Shown piece after piece: positions 47,387-61,349 of a stretch of DNA of 64,000 bases. Below the pieces are notes generated by a model. It saw only the letters and a program-made list of their open reading frames with translations. It searched no databases and was not told where the DNA came from. The position numbers were made by a program, and so were the translations under genes. Source of the DNA: Nemertoderma westbladi (Eukaryota > Animalia > Xenacoelomorpha); contig JAUCBJ010008093.1 in the NCBI GenBank assembly GCA_032718475.1, positions 3,258 through 67,257 of the forward strand, in the 5' to 3' direction. Position 1 is the stretch's first letter. The number at the start of each line of letters is the position of its first letter.

Positions 47387-49610
47387 CTTGTAAACCTAGC
47401 AGCCAAAATATTGATAGTTAATAATTACTTTAACCAACAACAAAAATATAAAACATAAATGGTATAAAAATATCTGATTTATATAATATGCTTTATGTTG
47501 TGCTAATAACTTTGGAGGTCTGCACTTTCGAGTTCAAAATTTGTACTTGAGTACTGTAGGCTAAGACCGAAATTTGAGATATTATTACGTCAGTTCAACA
47601 GACGCTCGCAAGAGGGCTACATGACTAAACAATAAATGTCCTCCCATTCCTTTGTTACTATTCCGTTTAAATTCAACATTGGCAGAAATGTAATAGTCCA
47701 GTAGCTCTATTTTTGTAAGGAGGCTAAAGTGAAAACCTTTTAACTCAGATTTCATCTTTTAAAATCTACAAAATCTTGTGCGTCGTTCAGGCGCACTGAT
47801 ACTTCTGCAGTGACCCAGAACGTCGTTAGAGAATAAAATTGAATCTGTACAGGAAATTCTGGAAATCTGTTCAGGGTAGTTCATAGTATGTTTATAATCG
47901 TTACGAGTGTAAATTATCGAGTCGTTCTGCTCAATATCTCACGTGCTGCACGAATCGCCTCCAAGTACCTTATTACATCAAGAGGAAAATTTATTCGACA
48001 CCGAGAAACGAATCCCAACAGATAGGAAACCCTGATGATGGAACAAGACAGGAAGGGACCATTCTCAACCTGGTAAAGTTGAGTGAGAGAGTTGGTGGTA
48101 TTGGTAAACTGTACTAGAGAGATATAACATTTGGTCGCTAACGGCAGTGGGAAAGAACATAGTGGGGATAGGGGGGAGGGGGGGGGGGGGGGGGGGTAAG
48201 AAATGGACAAGAAAATTAATCAACTGACACAGGACAGGGCTTAATAGCAGTCTATAAAATGTTCTTTTTCGGTCTTATTACATTACATCTTATTACCAGT
48301 ATTACCTTTACCCCTAAAGAAAGTGAAATTTTCTCGAAAATGTACAGAATTTTCAACTCTGTAAAGCAATACTTTTTAGAACATGACTCCAGATGAATGA
48401 CTCGGGGTAGTAATGCTGATGGCCCAGCTACCAAGAAGTGCTTTGCTTGCCAAATTTAGGTAAGGCCGTGTTTGTTCTGTCACTACCTCTCAGACTCTTA
48501 GCAAAATGAATTGGGCATTATTGTAATCTATACAGCTGTAATCTAATACTGTAGCTGTTGTATTTAATTAAATCGTCATTGACCAATAATGGATTTACAT
48601 TTTTGGGGTAGCAAATCTGCACAGATTTTGGCAATTTATGGGCAGATTTTGTCGATAAATTGGCGTTAAAAAGAACAAAATGCAGTTAAATTTCTGGAAA
48701 ATAGTGTTGCAACCCCCGGAGTGGTGCTGTTTCCGAAACACCAAAAAACTTCGAGGAAAGTTGCAACATGTCGATTTCTATAGCTGTACAAACAAACTGA
48801 CAAACAGACAGACAATACGAACTGAGCATTTTTATATATATTAGATTAATATTAATATAACATAATTTATAAGATAGTTTATTACGTAGATTCATTCGCA
48901 TGTATTGTCTCCCATTTATAGCATTGCAGCTGTTGTTTGTTGGTATGTTTCAGTGTTCAGAGGGGCGTCCCTTAGCTCAAACTACAGTATTTTATTGGTA
49001 TTATATCTATATCTCTATTTCAAATAGAGAATAAATTTACTTTTTCATTAAATATTACGTTGCAATGCGAATAGAAACTGGTATCTGAAGAATTTATTAA
49101 CTCCCTAACAGTTTTTCTAGAAATAGACCACTGGACTCTGTAGTTGCACAACAGATTGTCAGCTTAGTAGCGCTGTAAAGATAGACTTTGTTGTCATGCG
49201 GGGTTCCAGCAGAATTACATTGTTCTCTAAAAGTTTGAGTTTCTGGTAATGGCTCAATAACTATAAACAATCTTCGGTTTTTAAACTGATAAATTACAAC
49301 GTATATTTGAACTAGAGCGCTGAAAATGAATGCCTGATCTTCCATTTCAATTGCCAGACGAACAGTCTGGGCTGTCGTTTTCCCGTTTTTCAACAATAAA
49401 CGATTCTCCAGATGGTTCATAAGAAATATCTTCGTCATCTAAAACAAGGACACAGTCTACTCCACCGAATAAATTGTTTCAATCTTCACTTCAATGGAAA
49501 ATTATATGTAAAAGTAGTTCTCTCGTTTAACATCAAGGGAATATGGGACGACATCCAGGGCAGCTGATTACACGCAAAAACAAAACTGTATACCTCCTGT
49601 TCTTCTATTG

Positions 49611-49820
49611 AGTCTCGTTTATTGTTTTGTTTAGAATAACGTCGCCGCTGTAACCTGCTCCTGTGAGCCGATATATGTATTCGCCGAGATAGGATTAATG
49701 GCGAAAAATAACCACAAACGCAATGTTTAGTTAGACGGTTTAAAAAAGTAATTAATTTTGATTGACATTAAGGGGAAAGGAGCAGGTTACAAATTTCTAA
49801 CCAAAACAATAAACGAAACT
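49611..49820. mobile_element. Small inverted-repeat element (MITE-like)
   Basis: CGTTTATTGTTTTG...TGTAACCTGCTCC is mirrored by GGAGCAGGTTACA...CAAAACAATAAACG. Confidence 0.55.
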
Positions 49821-50160
49821 TTATTTGACTTGCGGCCAATTTGCGCTGGGGATCACTTTTTTCACTTGCGATAAATTTTCGCAATAATTTGAAACATATA
49901 CTTTATAAAGTAACTATCAGGAACCGACTTCCAACTATTCAGTAGATTGTACAAAATTCGTAAATGTGTGGGTTGCTTAATAATATACTGTACAAACATC
50001 ATGGTGTTATTTTTTTTATTGGTGTGATAGCAAAGAATTAAGTTTTTAATACTATATTGTCCAGATAGAGAATACTGATAATTTGAAGAGTTACAATTTT
50101 CTACACAAAATTACCCAATTCCCGGTTCCGGAATAAAAAAGAAAACCATAATTATATAAA

Positions 50161-52953
50161 CCTTGGGATCTCTTCCGAGACCGCAAACCCACAGTGGCCC
50201 CCATCGAAGCTGGTCAACTAGAAACACATTTCGAAGATCTCCTAGGCTGCGCCAATGATCCCCCGGACTGCCCAAATATACCTTACACTACAGAGCAGGA
50301 AAGGACTGAACAGGAATGGTTTAACGAACCAATCACAGGGGCTGAAATTAAATCAGTAATCAATGAGGCTGCAAACAATAAAGCCAGTGGACCCGATCGA
50401 CTATTTTACGAGCATCTGAAGCAAGGGCTGCCTATCATCCTAACTTTCCTCACTCTGATCTACAACGCCTGTTTAAATGTAGGAACTCTGCCTTGTATTT
50501 GGCTCGAAAGCTTTATCATTATACTCTACAAGGGAAAAGGAACCATAACAAATCCTGACAATTACCGAGGGATCGCACTTCTATGTGTACTTCTTAAGAC
50601 CCTGACATCCATAATAAATAAGAGAATTCGTTTTAATATCCCGCCGACCTCGATACCTCAGGAGCAATTCGGGTTCACTCCTGGAAGGTCTACAATGGGA
50701 GCCATTAGTCAGTTAATAAGCGATATCGCAGAAGCTCTGAAAAGCCCTAACCCTAAGAACCGAAATACTTATGTTTTGTTTGTCGATTTCCGAAAGGCCT
50801 TTGATTCAATCAGCAGGTCAGTGCTACTATGGAAACTACACAATTTTGGCATCAGAGGTAAGATTTACGACCTAATAAAGGCGTTGACTCATAACAAAAT
50901 CCGAATATTTGATGGCCTCAGACTATCGAATATAATAAATCAATTACGTGGAGTTTTACAAGGGGACTGCCTATCACCAACCTGCTTCATTTTATACATC
51001 GCAAACCTTGCCAATGCTATTCGAAACGCCGTCGCCCTCATAAAGTTTATATTTTATGCCGATGACTTGGCAATCTATGCAAGTAACCGCGAAGACATTC
51101 AACTTGTATTAGACATTTTGTATAAATGGTGTGTAGCCAATGGAATGAGTGTAAATCTAGTCAAAACAAAGGTTGTAAAGTTCAGAAGGGGTGGCCGATT
51201 GGCCGCTACCGATATGTTCCACTACGACAATAAACCGGTGATTATTGCTAATCAATATGAATATCTTGGGGTCACTCTTCAGTCGTCCTTGAGTTTCACC
51301 GAGCACATAAAGGCAAAAAAGAAATCAGCCTGTAGCGTCATCGGCTCCCTTAACAATCTACCTCTACTGTCTACTGAAACTGGCATAAATGTGTTCCAAA
51401 TGAAAATCTCCCCCATAGCTTCATACGCAATTAAGGAAATTGGTAAATATCTACGGCTACAGCATCTTAAAGATTTGGATATTATTAAAACAACCCACCT
51501 CAAACGAATGCTAGGGCTTCACACATCTGCCTCCTCGACACTTTGCCTGCGCCTCCTCAACGAGAATTCGTTTGTAGAGGACCTCGCCGTTAAGGGGGGG
51601 GTATACCCCCCCCTAAGGTAAAATTTTCAAATTATTGTTTCTATATTTCACCTAGAGCAGAATTTAATGAGGATTACAAATCTGAAAACCGCTTAGTGAG
51701 GCCTCTTTCAGTTCTCGAGTTATCACTGTTTTTCCGTATGATGGTCTGTCCGTCAAATTGTAAGAAAGACAGAAGACCGACAGACTGACAAATAGACTAG
51801 ATTCTACCAAAAATTAAAACTGACATCGGAAATGAAATCAGCGACCCCGAAAACCCAAGTAACGAACATTTTAGCTTGTTGGTGTGCATCCTTCGTGCCA
51901 GAAATAATTAACCAACCAGAACACAGACAGCCAATTTTGGCGGGACGGTTTAAACTTTGAAGGGCATTTTCTCGGAATGACTTTTTTCATTTTCAAATTA
52001 CTACTCCTCCGTCATTTTTCAACCAATTTTCTTCGTTTATGGCTCATTCGAACGAGCTTAGGAAGCTCTTTAAAAGTTATCTTATGGAATTTTGATAAAT
52101 ATTAAAATTTTTTCTAATTAGCCATTTTTAATTAAAAATATGATAATTAATTAATTAAATTAATTAATTAAAATAAAATTGGCTAATTAAAAATTCTATA
52201 AGATAACTTTTGTAGAGTCGATCACGCTGAGTCCAAAAAAGTTGGTTTCAAGAAATTTGGACCAAAATTGAGGGACTAGTAGCAATTTTAGTGAAATCTT
52301 TAATTCCGCCGCCAGCCGCTAGGGGGAGGCTACAAATTTTCAAATTTTCCTATAAAGGCTATTTGGCCTTCCATACAGTGGTTGACCTTGACAAAATAGC
52401 AATATTATCATTTAACAGTAATTGACAGCCATTTTAAAAAAAGGTTCATGGGGGGGTATACCCCCCCCTTAAGTTCCCAGGAGCATTTAACGTGGAGACT
52501 CTCTCTGCATACAGAGAGTTTCGCGCCGAGAGAGATGCAAACTTTGTCGCCGAACAATACTCCGATGGCCCAGCTTTCTCCTCGGCAACGTGGAAGAAGC
52601 CTGGTCAGAAGAACCGGCACCTGGTCGCGCGAGCGACAGCCCACGGATTTCACCACAAGCTGTGTCTGAACAACCGGGGGTTCCATGAACTCTCCTCTAG
52701 CTGCGTCTGCAGATTCTGTATGGAATCGTCCCAGTCGCGTTACCATGCGCTTCATTGCCCTCAATGTCCTCCTCTCTCGGTGCTGTCACTCTCATAAATT
52801 AGTTTCCTTCACAACACGGCTCGCCCCACAAACAGACAATACTTAACTGGTATTATCTTTTATCATGCGGTTTTTTTTTTTTTTTACTAATAATCACTAT
52901 TTAATCAAATTTTACAATTTTTACCCCGGCTGGGGGTGTATCTTTAAATATAT
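50161..52953 (+). mobile_element. 5'-truncated LINE (RT plus C-terminal Cys/His motif), interrupted by a MITE
   Basis: RT motifs NYRGIALL, QFGF, FVDFRKAFDS, GVLQGDCLSP, FYADDL and YEYLG. After removing the MITE the frame continues (DLAVK|FPGAFNVE...CVCRFC...HALHC) to 52797. TSD ATAATTATATAAA at 50148-50160 and 52954-52966; the empty site is in the paralog at ~61858. Confidence 0.92.
51594..52468. mobile_element. MITE with TTAA TSD and G-initiated palindromic TIRs (Kolobok-like)
   Basis: TTAA|GGGGGGGGTATACCCCCCC ... GGGGGGGTATACCCCCCCC|TTAA. Confidence 0.88.
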
Positions 52954-53378
52954 ATAATTATATAAAGAAAAAACAATAATAAGATTCTCCAAATTTAATT
53001 GACGAACTTTATATGAATCTATTTACTTTATCATACATCAATATATTAATATACTTGAATTACAAAATATAGTTTGAGGGACGAAGGATTACTGTATGTA
53101 CATATAATAATATACATTGTATATGAATATTGCGTGTTCAGTTAATTAATTACTACTTAAATACTTAATAACAAATTACTAACAAATACTAGTAATGTAA
53201 TAAAATATAATGAATTATTATTGTTCCTAACATCAACAGGGGAGATTTGTTTTTGAACTTTATCAAGTTCGGCTTCAGTATTGTGGTTCAACAAATTGAT
53301 TATTATTACTAGTAGTACAGTATAAACGACTAGACAACCTGATTATGACACATCCCAGTGATTTTATACACAGAAACA

Positions 53379-56105
53379 TCAGGAAATATTAAAGGAATCG
53401 GTTTCTTTGCAATACGACACCGCATTACTCCCACTCACGTGGCAACCCTCCAGCAACTCTCGAGGTATCGGCAACCCCCGCGTACTAAAGTACCACTCCA
53501 AGTAACTCGCCTGCCAGTCTTTATACAGAGGATGATCCGTACCGTGGGTGGACACAAACATTCTACCGCACTCCTCCAGGAAGCCACCCGCCGCGCTCAT
53601 ATTACCGGCGTACAACTCCAACGTAGCAACACGGAACAACTGCACGGATAACTGAGGGTAAACCTTCGGGTAATAATGTCTGTAACCAGACAGATTGCGC
53701 TTGGCGTACTCTAAAGCTTCGCTCCAATACTTTAAACCTACGCAAGCGTCAGTGGCTTTATCACAAATCTTTAAGTAAACTAGGCTGATCGGAGCGACAA
53801 TTCCTTCGCAACTGTTAATAAACTCTTTCGTTATTTCGTAAAGATTTCTTTCTGACTCAGAATTAGTTAGTTCTTTTAAGATTACTTCACCTTTCTCTAA
53901 CAGAGATGCTCCTTTTTCTTTTTGCGCCGCTATCGCTCCCACAATGCAATCGCATCCATCGCAAGTAATCGTTGTATCGTTAGGAATCATGGGTAACTTA
54001 CACGTAGTGCAAGGACACACTACGTAGCTATCTCTTTCATCAATTTGAGAACAAAGCGTGCAGCTACAACGGAATAAAAACTGTTTACTTAACCGTCTCT
54101 GGATCTCTTTACGACTCGAGAGAAGATCTACGTAGGATATCGAGATTTCGGCATTCATATCCAGGTCTTCAATGGCGCGCAGGTCGGCCTTCAATCCGTT
54201 GTAAACGACGGCGCAGTTGGGTTGACAGTCGTGGTTCACTAAAGACAATTCGGGGTAGACGCCGTAAGCAATATTCACTGCCATTTCGAGGTCTGTGATG
54301 GTGAAGGTGTTGCAGAGGACAGAACCCGCCAGTCGCTTTATCTCATTGTCCGAACGGTCCGTGGAAGCCATGGATTTTACTAACTCCAGTATCATCTGTA
54401 GATCCATAGAGGACAAGGGTTGGGAGCATAGACCGATGGGGGAGTTTGGGATAGCGGATTGGTTAGCGGTGGGTTGTTCCTTGGATGCATCGAGTTTCCG
54501 CAGAAGACGACTGACCAATCGGATGGTCTCGGGTGGTTGGCTGGGTTGATGGGTCGGTTGATAGAGGTGACGAAGAGCACGACACTCCCCACGGTGCTGG
54601 GAATGCCAATCTCGCGTTTGACACTCAGTACTGCAGTACCACGACAATTTGCAACCCGTGCAGCGTTGCAGTTTATGAGATGTTGAACCTTGCCGCAAAC
54701 AACAGTCGCATCGTTGGCCCTTGAACTTATTAAGGATGACGTATGCGTATGGTTTGCTACTAAGCAACACGGTCCCCATAGATACATTATCTGTGGTACG
54801 AATACCACGTCCCCGTCCTGGGATAGAAAATACATTGCACAAATGTGGATCCATACTGCTATTACCCCCTTTTGAAGATCCTGACCGACTTGTGCTCCTC
54901 AGCCACTTTGGATAAATCTTAGGAATAGTAGGAACAGTTACATTTTCTGTTTTATTGTCCTTTGATCCCCCTCTACTTTTGCTTCTTTTACCCCTTTTCG
55001 AAGATCCTCCTCGACTGTTGCTTCTTTTACCCCTTTTCGAAGATCCTCCTCTACTTTTGCTTCTTTTACCCCTTTTCGAAGATCCTCGTCGACTTCTGCT
55101 TCTTTTACCCCTTTTCGAAGTTCCTCCTCGAGTTTTGCTTCTTTTACCCCTTTTTGAAGATCCTCCTCGACTTTTGCTTCTTTTACCCCGTTTCGAAGAT
55201 CCCGATCGACTTGTGATCTTCAACCAATTCTTTGGATAAATCTTAGGAATAGTAGGAACAGTTACATTTTCTGTTTTATTGTTCTTTGATCCCTCACGAC
55301 TTTTGCTTCTTTTACCCCTTTTTGAGGATCCTCCCTTTTTGCTTCTTTTTACCTGTTTTGGAGATCCTCCTCGACATTGGCTTCTTTTACCTTTTTTCGG
55401 AGAGCCACCTTGACTTTTGCTTCTTTTACCCCTTTTTGAGGATCCTCCCTTTTTGCTTCTTTTTACCTGTTTTGGAGATCCTCCTTGACATTGGCTTCTT
55501 CTACCCTTTTTCGCAGAGCCACCTTGACTTTTGCTTCTCTTACCCTTTTTAGGAGAACCTCCTCGACTTTTATTTCTTTTACCTATTTTTGGAGATCCTC
55601 CTAGACTATTGCTTCTGTTATCCCTTTTCGGAGATTCACCTTGAGATTTGCTTCTTTTACCCTTTTTCGGAGATCCACCTTGGGTTTTGCTTCTTTTAAC
55701 CTTTTTTGGAGATCCTCCTCGACTTTTGTTTCTTTTACCTATTTTTGGAGATCCACCTTCAGTTGCTTGTTGTAGATCAACATCACCTAAGTAATAAGTT
55801 AAATAATAAATAAACAATAATTACGTCATCATATTATTCGTTTAATATTTTATTAATTGATGAGGTAATATTGATCTACTACTACATTCGTGACTCATAC
55901 CTTGTTGCCCTTGTATAGCAACACATCCTTGATTTAGTTGCCACCCTTCGGGTGTTGGCATTGCGATTGGTCCTGATAATAGCCTCCAATCGTCGCCATC
56001 TTGCAAAAGTGGAAGGCCATTCCTTTGTCCTGTGGCTGGGCTCATAACGCTTACAGACTCTCCAGCAACCGTTGTCCCTTTAGTTTTTGTTTGATTCTTA
56101 GACAT
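53379..56105 (-). CDS. SMYD2/3-like SET-MYND lysine methyltransferase with N-terminal basic SPKK-like repeat domain; two exons (56105-55901, 55786-53379), about 870 aa
   Basis: GRGRGI, MYND (CDCC..CTGC..YCSTECQ..H..EC), SET (NHDCQPNC, EISISYVD), post-SET FRCSCTLC and a helical C-terminal domain. The phase-1 intron CAAG/GTATGA...TTAG/GT joins ORF 55842..56105 in frame. Confidence 0.85.
54865..55760 (-). repeat. 39-nt coding repeat (KSRGGS[P/S]K[K/R]GKRS), about 20 copies, with two NKTENVTVPTIPKIYPK spacers
   Basis: Seen directly in the translation of ORF 53379..55817. Confidence 0.92.
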
Positions 56106-56566
56106 CCTTGTTAGAATTTATATCATATGTATGTAAAATCATCTATAAAATCATCTGTCATTTATATGTAAAATATCATATAAATTATCTCTACTCTAAT
56201 TAATGTCTGTCAAAACACATATTTTTTATTACATTAGTCAGAAAGATAAATTATAGCACCGATTCTTACATTACTACTGTAGCTACCGGTACCGGTACCT
56301 TAAAAACAACAACTATCATTAAAAAATGATAGCTAACATCTCCCAAAAGGTGAAACGTATGTTTTAGAACAAAAGACCTCATGAAAATAGCCAAAATGAT
56401 CAAAATTTTGGGTACCGGTAACTGGTGTATTGTAGCCTAATGCCCCTATTTCATGCAGCCAGCTTGGTATGTTTATTTTTTATAGCTAGTTTTTTTTAGA
56501 AATTCTTCTAAGACATATTAAATATTTCTTAAAATTGAAAATTATCCATGACCGGGTACTTCTTAT

Positions 56567-57321
56567 GGTACTAGTGTGTTATAGCTACACCCCCCTCAAA
56601 ATTTTTATTACGAGCTAGTTTTTGCTATTTCTTTTTTTTGAAATGTTCTAGAACATGAAATACATTTGAAAAAAAATAATAAAATGTTCTAGAACAAATA
56701 TTTTTTGTTCTAGAACAAAAAATTAAAAAATCATACAAATTTTATTTTTTGTTACACTAATGCCGCCACGCCAAACTCCACATTCTAAGGCGAAACATAG
56801 GTATCAAGAGGTCAACTTTCGCCCAACAGCTAGCAGAGTTTAGGTGGAAGATGTTACACAAAGAACATCCATTTTCTGATCTATTGCATTTGATTAGAAA
56901 ATAATACCCGCTGCGCGACGTCTGCTAAATAATAAATATTACACAGTATATGTATTCTAAGCATTAATCATTAATTTATCTATGTAACTAACTACCTGTA
57001 TCATTAATTTCTGAATATAAGGACCTCAATAAAGTGAATTTTTAATTTTAATCAGCTATTAAAAAAATACTAGCTCTTTCTAGCTTTTCTAGTTCTGAAT
57101 AGCTAACATGTTCTAGAACATTATTAAAAAAGAAAAATAGTACATTAATTTTTTAAATTTTTTTAAATATTGTTCTAGAACAAAAAATATTTGTTCTAGA
57201 ACATTTTATTATTTTTTTTAAAATGTATTTCATGTTCTAGAACATTTCAAAAAAAAGAAATAGCAAAAACTAGCTAGTAATAAAAATTTTGAGGGGGGTG
57301 TAGCTATAACACACTAGTGCC
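56567..57321. mobile_element. MITE with long TIRs and 8-bp TSD (GG termini, Merlin-like)
   Basis: TSD CTTCTTAT on both sides; TIR GG(T/C)ACTAGTGTGTTATAGCTACACCCCCC... Confidence 0.85.
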
Positions 57322-57329
57322 CTTCTTAT

Positions 57330-57466
57330 CCCGGTAGTGTACAAATTTTGCAATTTTTATCAGGCAAGGTACGATGTCTGGCTTACTAGGTTTCCTCAGT
57401 GTGGTATCGGATTCGAACCTGGGACCTCGAGGTGTGAGCTGAAACAACAACCTCTATGGCACAGGA
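57330..57466 (-). mobile_element. tRNA-derived SINE head fragment
   Basis: Minus-strand B-box GGTTCGAATCC preceded by a degenerate A-box region. Confidence 0.4.
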
Positions 57467-57726
57467 CTAATATGAATTTTAAAGCCAGCTAAAATGTGTT
57501 AACATAGGCCTACGCTGTGTTTTTAAGGTGTTTGGAGACAGAGATGGTATTTACACCAACAAACTAGCTATGAGATCAACATTTATATCAACAGTATTTA
57601 GCATTTTAGTGATTCTCTGGAAACATTATTCTCTTTTATAAAATCGACAGTAGGCCTAGGTATTCATATTCATGCACTACATATGTGCCACTTTGTGCGT
57701 AGAAATCGTTGTGGGGTAGGACTACC

Positions 57727-58181
57727 GGTACTAGTAGCATAGGCCCTTGTGTTTCTGTTTGTCTTCTGTGCTATTTGACCTTCTGACAGTAAGATGATGG
57801 TAGCTAGTAATTTTGATTTTGTGTTAGCTAGTACTTTATATTATAGTTTTTGACTAATTTTTATCTGGTAAAAATTGATTTATTATATATTACCTCCCAT
57901 AAATTTTACTAGCTATCATCATAATTTAATTGAAAATTTCAAAATATTAAAGGATATTATTTTATTTATTTTATACTCGTTTTATAACAATCCCATTCTT
58001 TTTAAATACAAACCTGGCTTTTGTCTATAAAATTTTTAGAACAAAAAAACATTTTTTAGAACATTAATCTTTTCCAAATAAAATAGCTAACATGTTCTGG
58101 TACATTTCAAAAAAAGAAATTCACAAAAACTATCTAGTAGATAAAATTTGGTGAGGGGTGTACGCATACTGCACCAGTACC
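57727..58181. mobile_element. Older relative of the 56567-57321 MITE
   Basis: Termini GGTACTAGT / ACCAGTACC; the right arm resembles 57240-57320. Confidence 0.45.
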
Positions 58182-58691
58182 CAGTCGAATGGATGAAGAT
58201 GATTGCGTCGAATTCCCCCCCCCCCCCCCTCCCCCTCCCCCTATCTGGGTGTTTCTTATTATCATTTATTATTGGAGCTGTTCAAGGTGTCTTAACCTCA
58301 ACTGATAGTTTATTTTATCGAAAATAACTTATCTCTCTGTTGTAGAGACAAGTTATGATAGTGCAATGCATACTTTTTAACATGGTAGTTTGCAAATTTT
58401 TGGAATTGCGAAATTCTTATGATGAAATTAATATCTCATATTCGTTAACAACACAACCTCTAGGACACAGGTATGTACTTGAGATATGGAGTAGGACCTG
58501 TTAATTTTAAAGCCAGCTGCCATTTTATTGTCTCTAATTTATATTAATGTATTTTTTAAGGTGTGGGGAGGATTACTCCTATGTTTGCGCCAGTTATTTT
58601 CGGTAAAATAAACTTATCATTCGAGGTTAAGAGCCCTCTAGAACAGAAGGGCATGAGGGGGGACATGTTAAAACGGGGAGATTAATTATTA

Positions 58692-58840
58692 CAGATGTTG
58701 AAGACCGACACCCGCTGGTAAAGTTCCAATAGAACCATATGGTTTGAATCCCGGTCCCAGCGATAATTTTTCAACAAGTCAATATCTCTCAATATGATTC
58801 TATTTGAATTTTACCAGCGGGTGTCGGCCTTAAACATCTT
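58692..58840. repeat. Short inverted-repeat element
   Basis: CCGACACCCGCTGGTAAA ... TTTACCAGCGGGTGTCGG. Confidence 0.6.
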
Positions 58841-61349
58841 TAATACCCCTAGAACAGTTGTTATAATAAAACTGTATAGCAACAAGCACCACGAATATAC
58901 AGCTATATGTTAACATGCTTTGTTAAAGAAATCCAATAAAAATGTAGGCCTACCTACCTAAGGACAAATTATAAATGGTTATTTCCTAACTTTGTTGAAT
59001 ATTCTGGAATTGCTATTTTTCCAGTTGGTATGATAACTAATTAAATGGCGAATAATAATAATACAGTTATTACATCACCTCCTGTGCCGTAGGCCTATAT
59101 TCAATCAATTCAACAACAACTTCCCTTAAACAAATGGCAACCGACATAGACGAAGAGCGTGACAAAACCATAATGTCTTACGGCGATCTCATACTGTAGC
59201 TACTGTAGTATTATCCAGACACTGTTGTGTTTTTATAAGAAAATATTTATGGAAATTAAAGTATTTTTCAAGTTAATGTGCTAGAATATAGCATTTTCTA
59301 CGAAATTTTGGAGAAAAAAAATTTTTGGAGAAATTTAGGCTTAACACTTTTGGAAAACTTAATATTTGGCAAAACGTCAACCTGTTAAACCATTAAATTG
59401 TCAAAAGTTGTCATACTTGCAAAAAGATGTCAAAAGATGTCAAGCCACACAATTATTATGTGGATTAAATCTTTTTTGCAATATTATGTGTGTTTTAACA
59501 CTCTTTGACTTATTACAAATCCGGATTGTGGCTTAACTTTCTTGTATTTTTAAGGCATTTTTTCGTATTATTGGGCAATAGGATCTCATAAATTAGGTAG
59601 CTTACACTTTCCTCTATCGAATGATACCAAAAACTCAATTTCGACAAAATGTGGGATAACACCCTATTATTGCATAACACCGTCCAGTTGGTCTAAATAC
59701 CACCTCAGTTGCCTTACCTCATACAGGAATAAACACCGTAGATTTTATATATTCACGATGATTTAAGTACAACTGACATGTTGTTATTTAAATTAGAAAG
59801 TGTACATGTAAATGTTAATTAATGTAAATATTAAGCCTAATAGGAAAGTGCTACAACATAAATATGCAAATGCCCATTGCTATGGTAACAATAAGGACTT
59901 CACTGGTGATCATAACGGTAAACTACTGTATGTATACTAACCAACCGAGATATAAACACATGGACGCAGTTGAAGTATGCAGGCCTACAATATGACTTTT
60001 TCGAGATTTTTTGCAGATTTCCAATAGTTTTCAAGTGTCATGGCAACAGAGTCAGACCTACTTGGTCTTTACTTAATTGTCTGGAATTAACAATATTCAA
60101 GGTATTTGACCCTCAATGGATTTTATTTTACTTTCATGGTAACAACTGCATTTCACATGACGAAACATTTCAGAAGGTCATAATTTTCTTGCTTCCATGG
60201 TTACGGGGAGGCTGCCAATTAGTTTCAATGGAGCCACTGCTAGAAAATGAAGAGTGTGACATGCACAATATATTTATAGTTTTTCATGATTTTGAACACG
60301 TATTGGGTAACGGTTTAAGAAATTCCTGATATTTACCGTAAAAGGACGTTTTATGAAGTAGTTGCCATGGCAACCGGGTTTTGAAAATACCACAATCGAT
60401 TCTCTGATGGCGATTTAGTGGGGAGTAGGTAAGGGTTATTATTCTGTAGGAGTCTTGGAAAATTATGCTTTATAAATGACCCCCTGTAGCCATGGTAATT
60501 GGGACTCTTTCTTATTAATATGCGGATTTTTCGTGGAACCATTGATTTTGATATTCACATAACTTTTGCGCTTCGTAGTAGCAATTTTCTTGCTTTTGTA
60601 AATTTTTTGCATATTTGCCATTTTAATAGCATAACAGACTCAACTAGTATGCAATATATTGTATACCCTATGGTAATACAGATCAGCTAGGGGTAAATGT
60701 GAAGTTAATTACCGCAGATTTATAATAATACTACAATATTTCCCTCAACTCGAAGTAGCGGTAAAACCCCATGGAATATGTCATGTGCGAATTATCGTAG
60801 GCCCAACCCGGACACTCCCTGCAGTGCAGTGCCTAAGGGGGGATGTGTTCATTTATCACTCATGTACTGTATATAAATTATTGGGGGGTAATGTAATCGA
60901 AGTTGGTACAATCCGGCATGTAATAAAGTTCTTTATTGCGTGGTCAATAATGTACAGTGCAATGTTATTTTCCCTATACTCGATAAATTCTATGTACTGT
61001 AGGGGATCTACCGAGCCAAGAGAGATTGATAAAGAATTGAAACCCTAGTTAAAATATGGTCCACGTTATTTAATCCGTGAACCGGGATTAAAGGGTTGGG
61101 GGGGGGGGGGGGGGGGGGGAAACTGGCTTTCAAATGTGAGTCTCGTTTATTGTTTTGTTTAGAATAACGTCGCCTTTGTAAATAAATTTTCGCAATAATT
61201 TGAAACATAAACTTTATAAAGTAACTATCAGGAACCGACTTCCAACTATTCAATAGATTGTACAAAATTCGTAAATGTGTGGGTTGCTTAATAATATACT
61301 GTACAAACATCATGGTGTTATTTTTTTTATTGGTGTGATAGCAAAGAAT

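Noticed and set aside
49097-49438. 113-aa minus-strand ORF, vaguely like an OTU or transposon fragment
   Set aside because: No catalytic motif or gene structure that I can support.
59970-61313. Short ORFs between the SMYD copies
   Set aside because: No recognisable domains; the region is AT-rich with repeat-like CCATGG/GGTAAC motifs.
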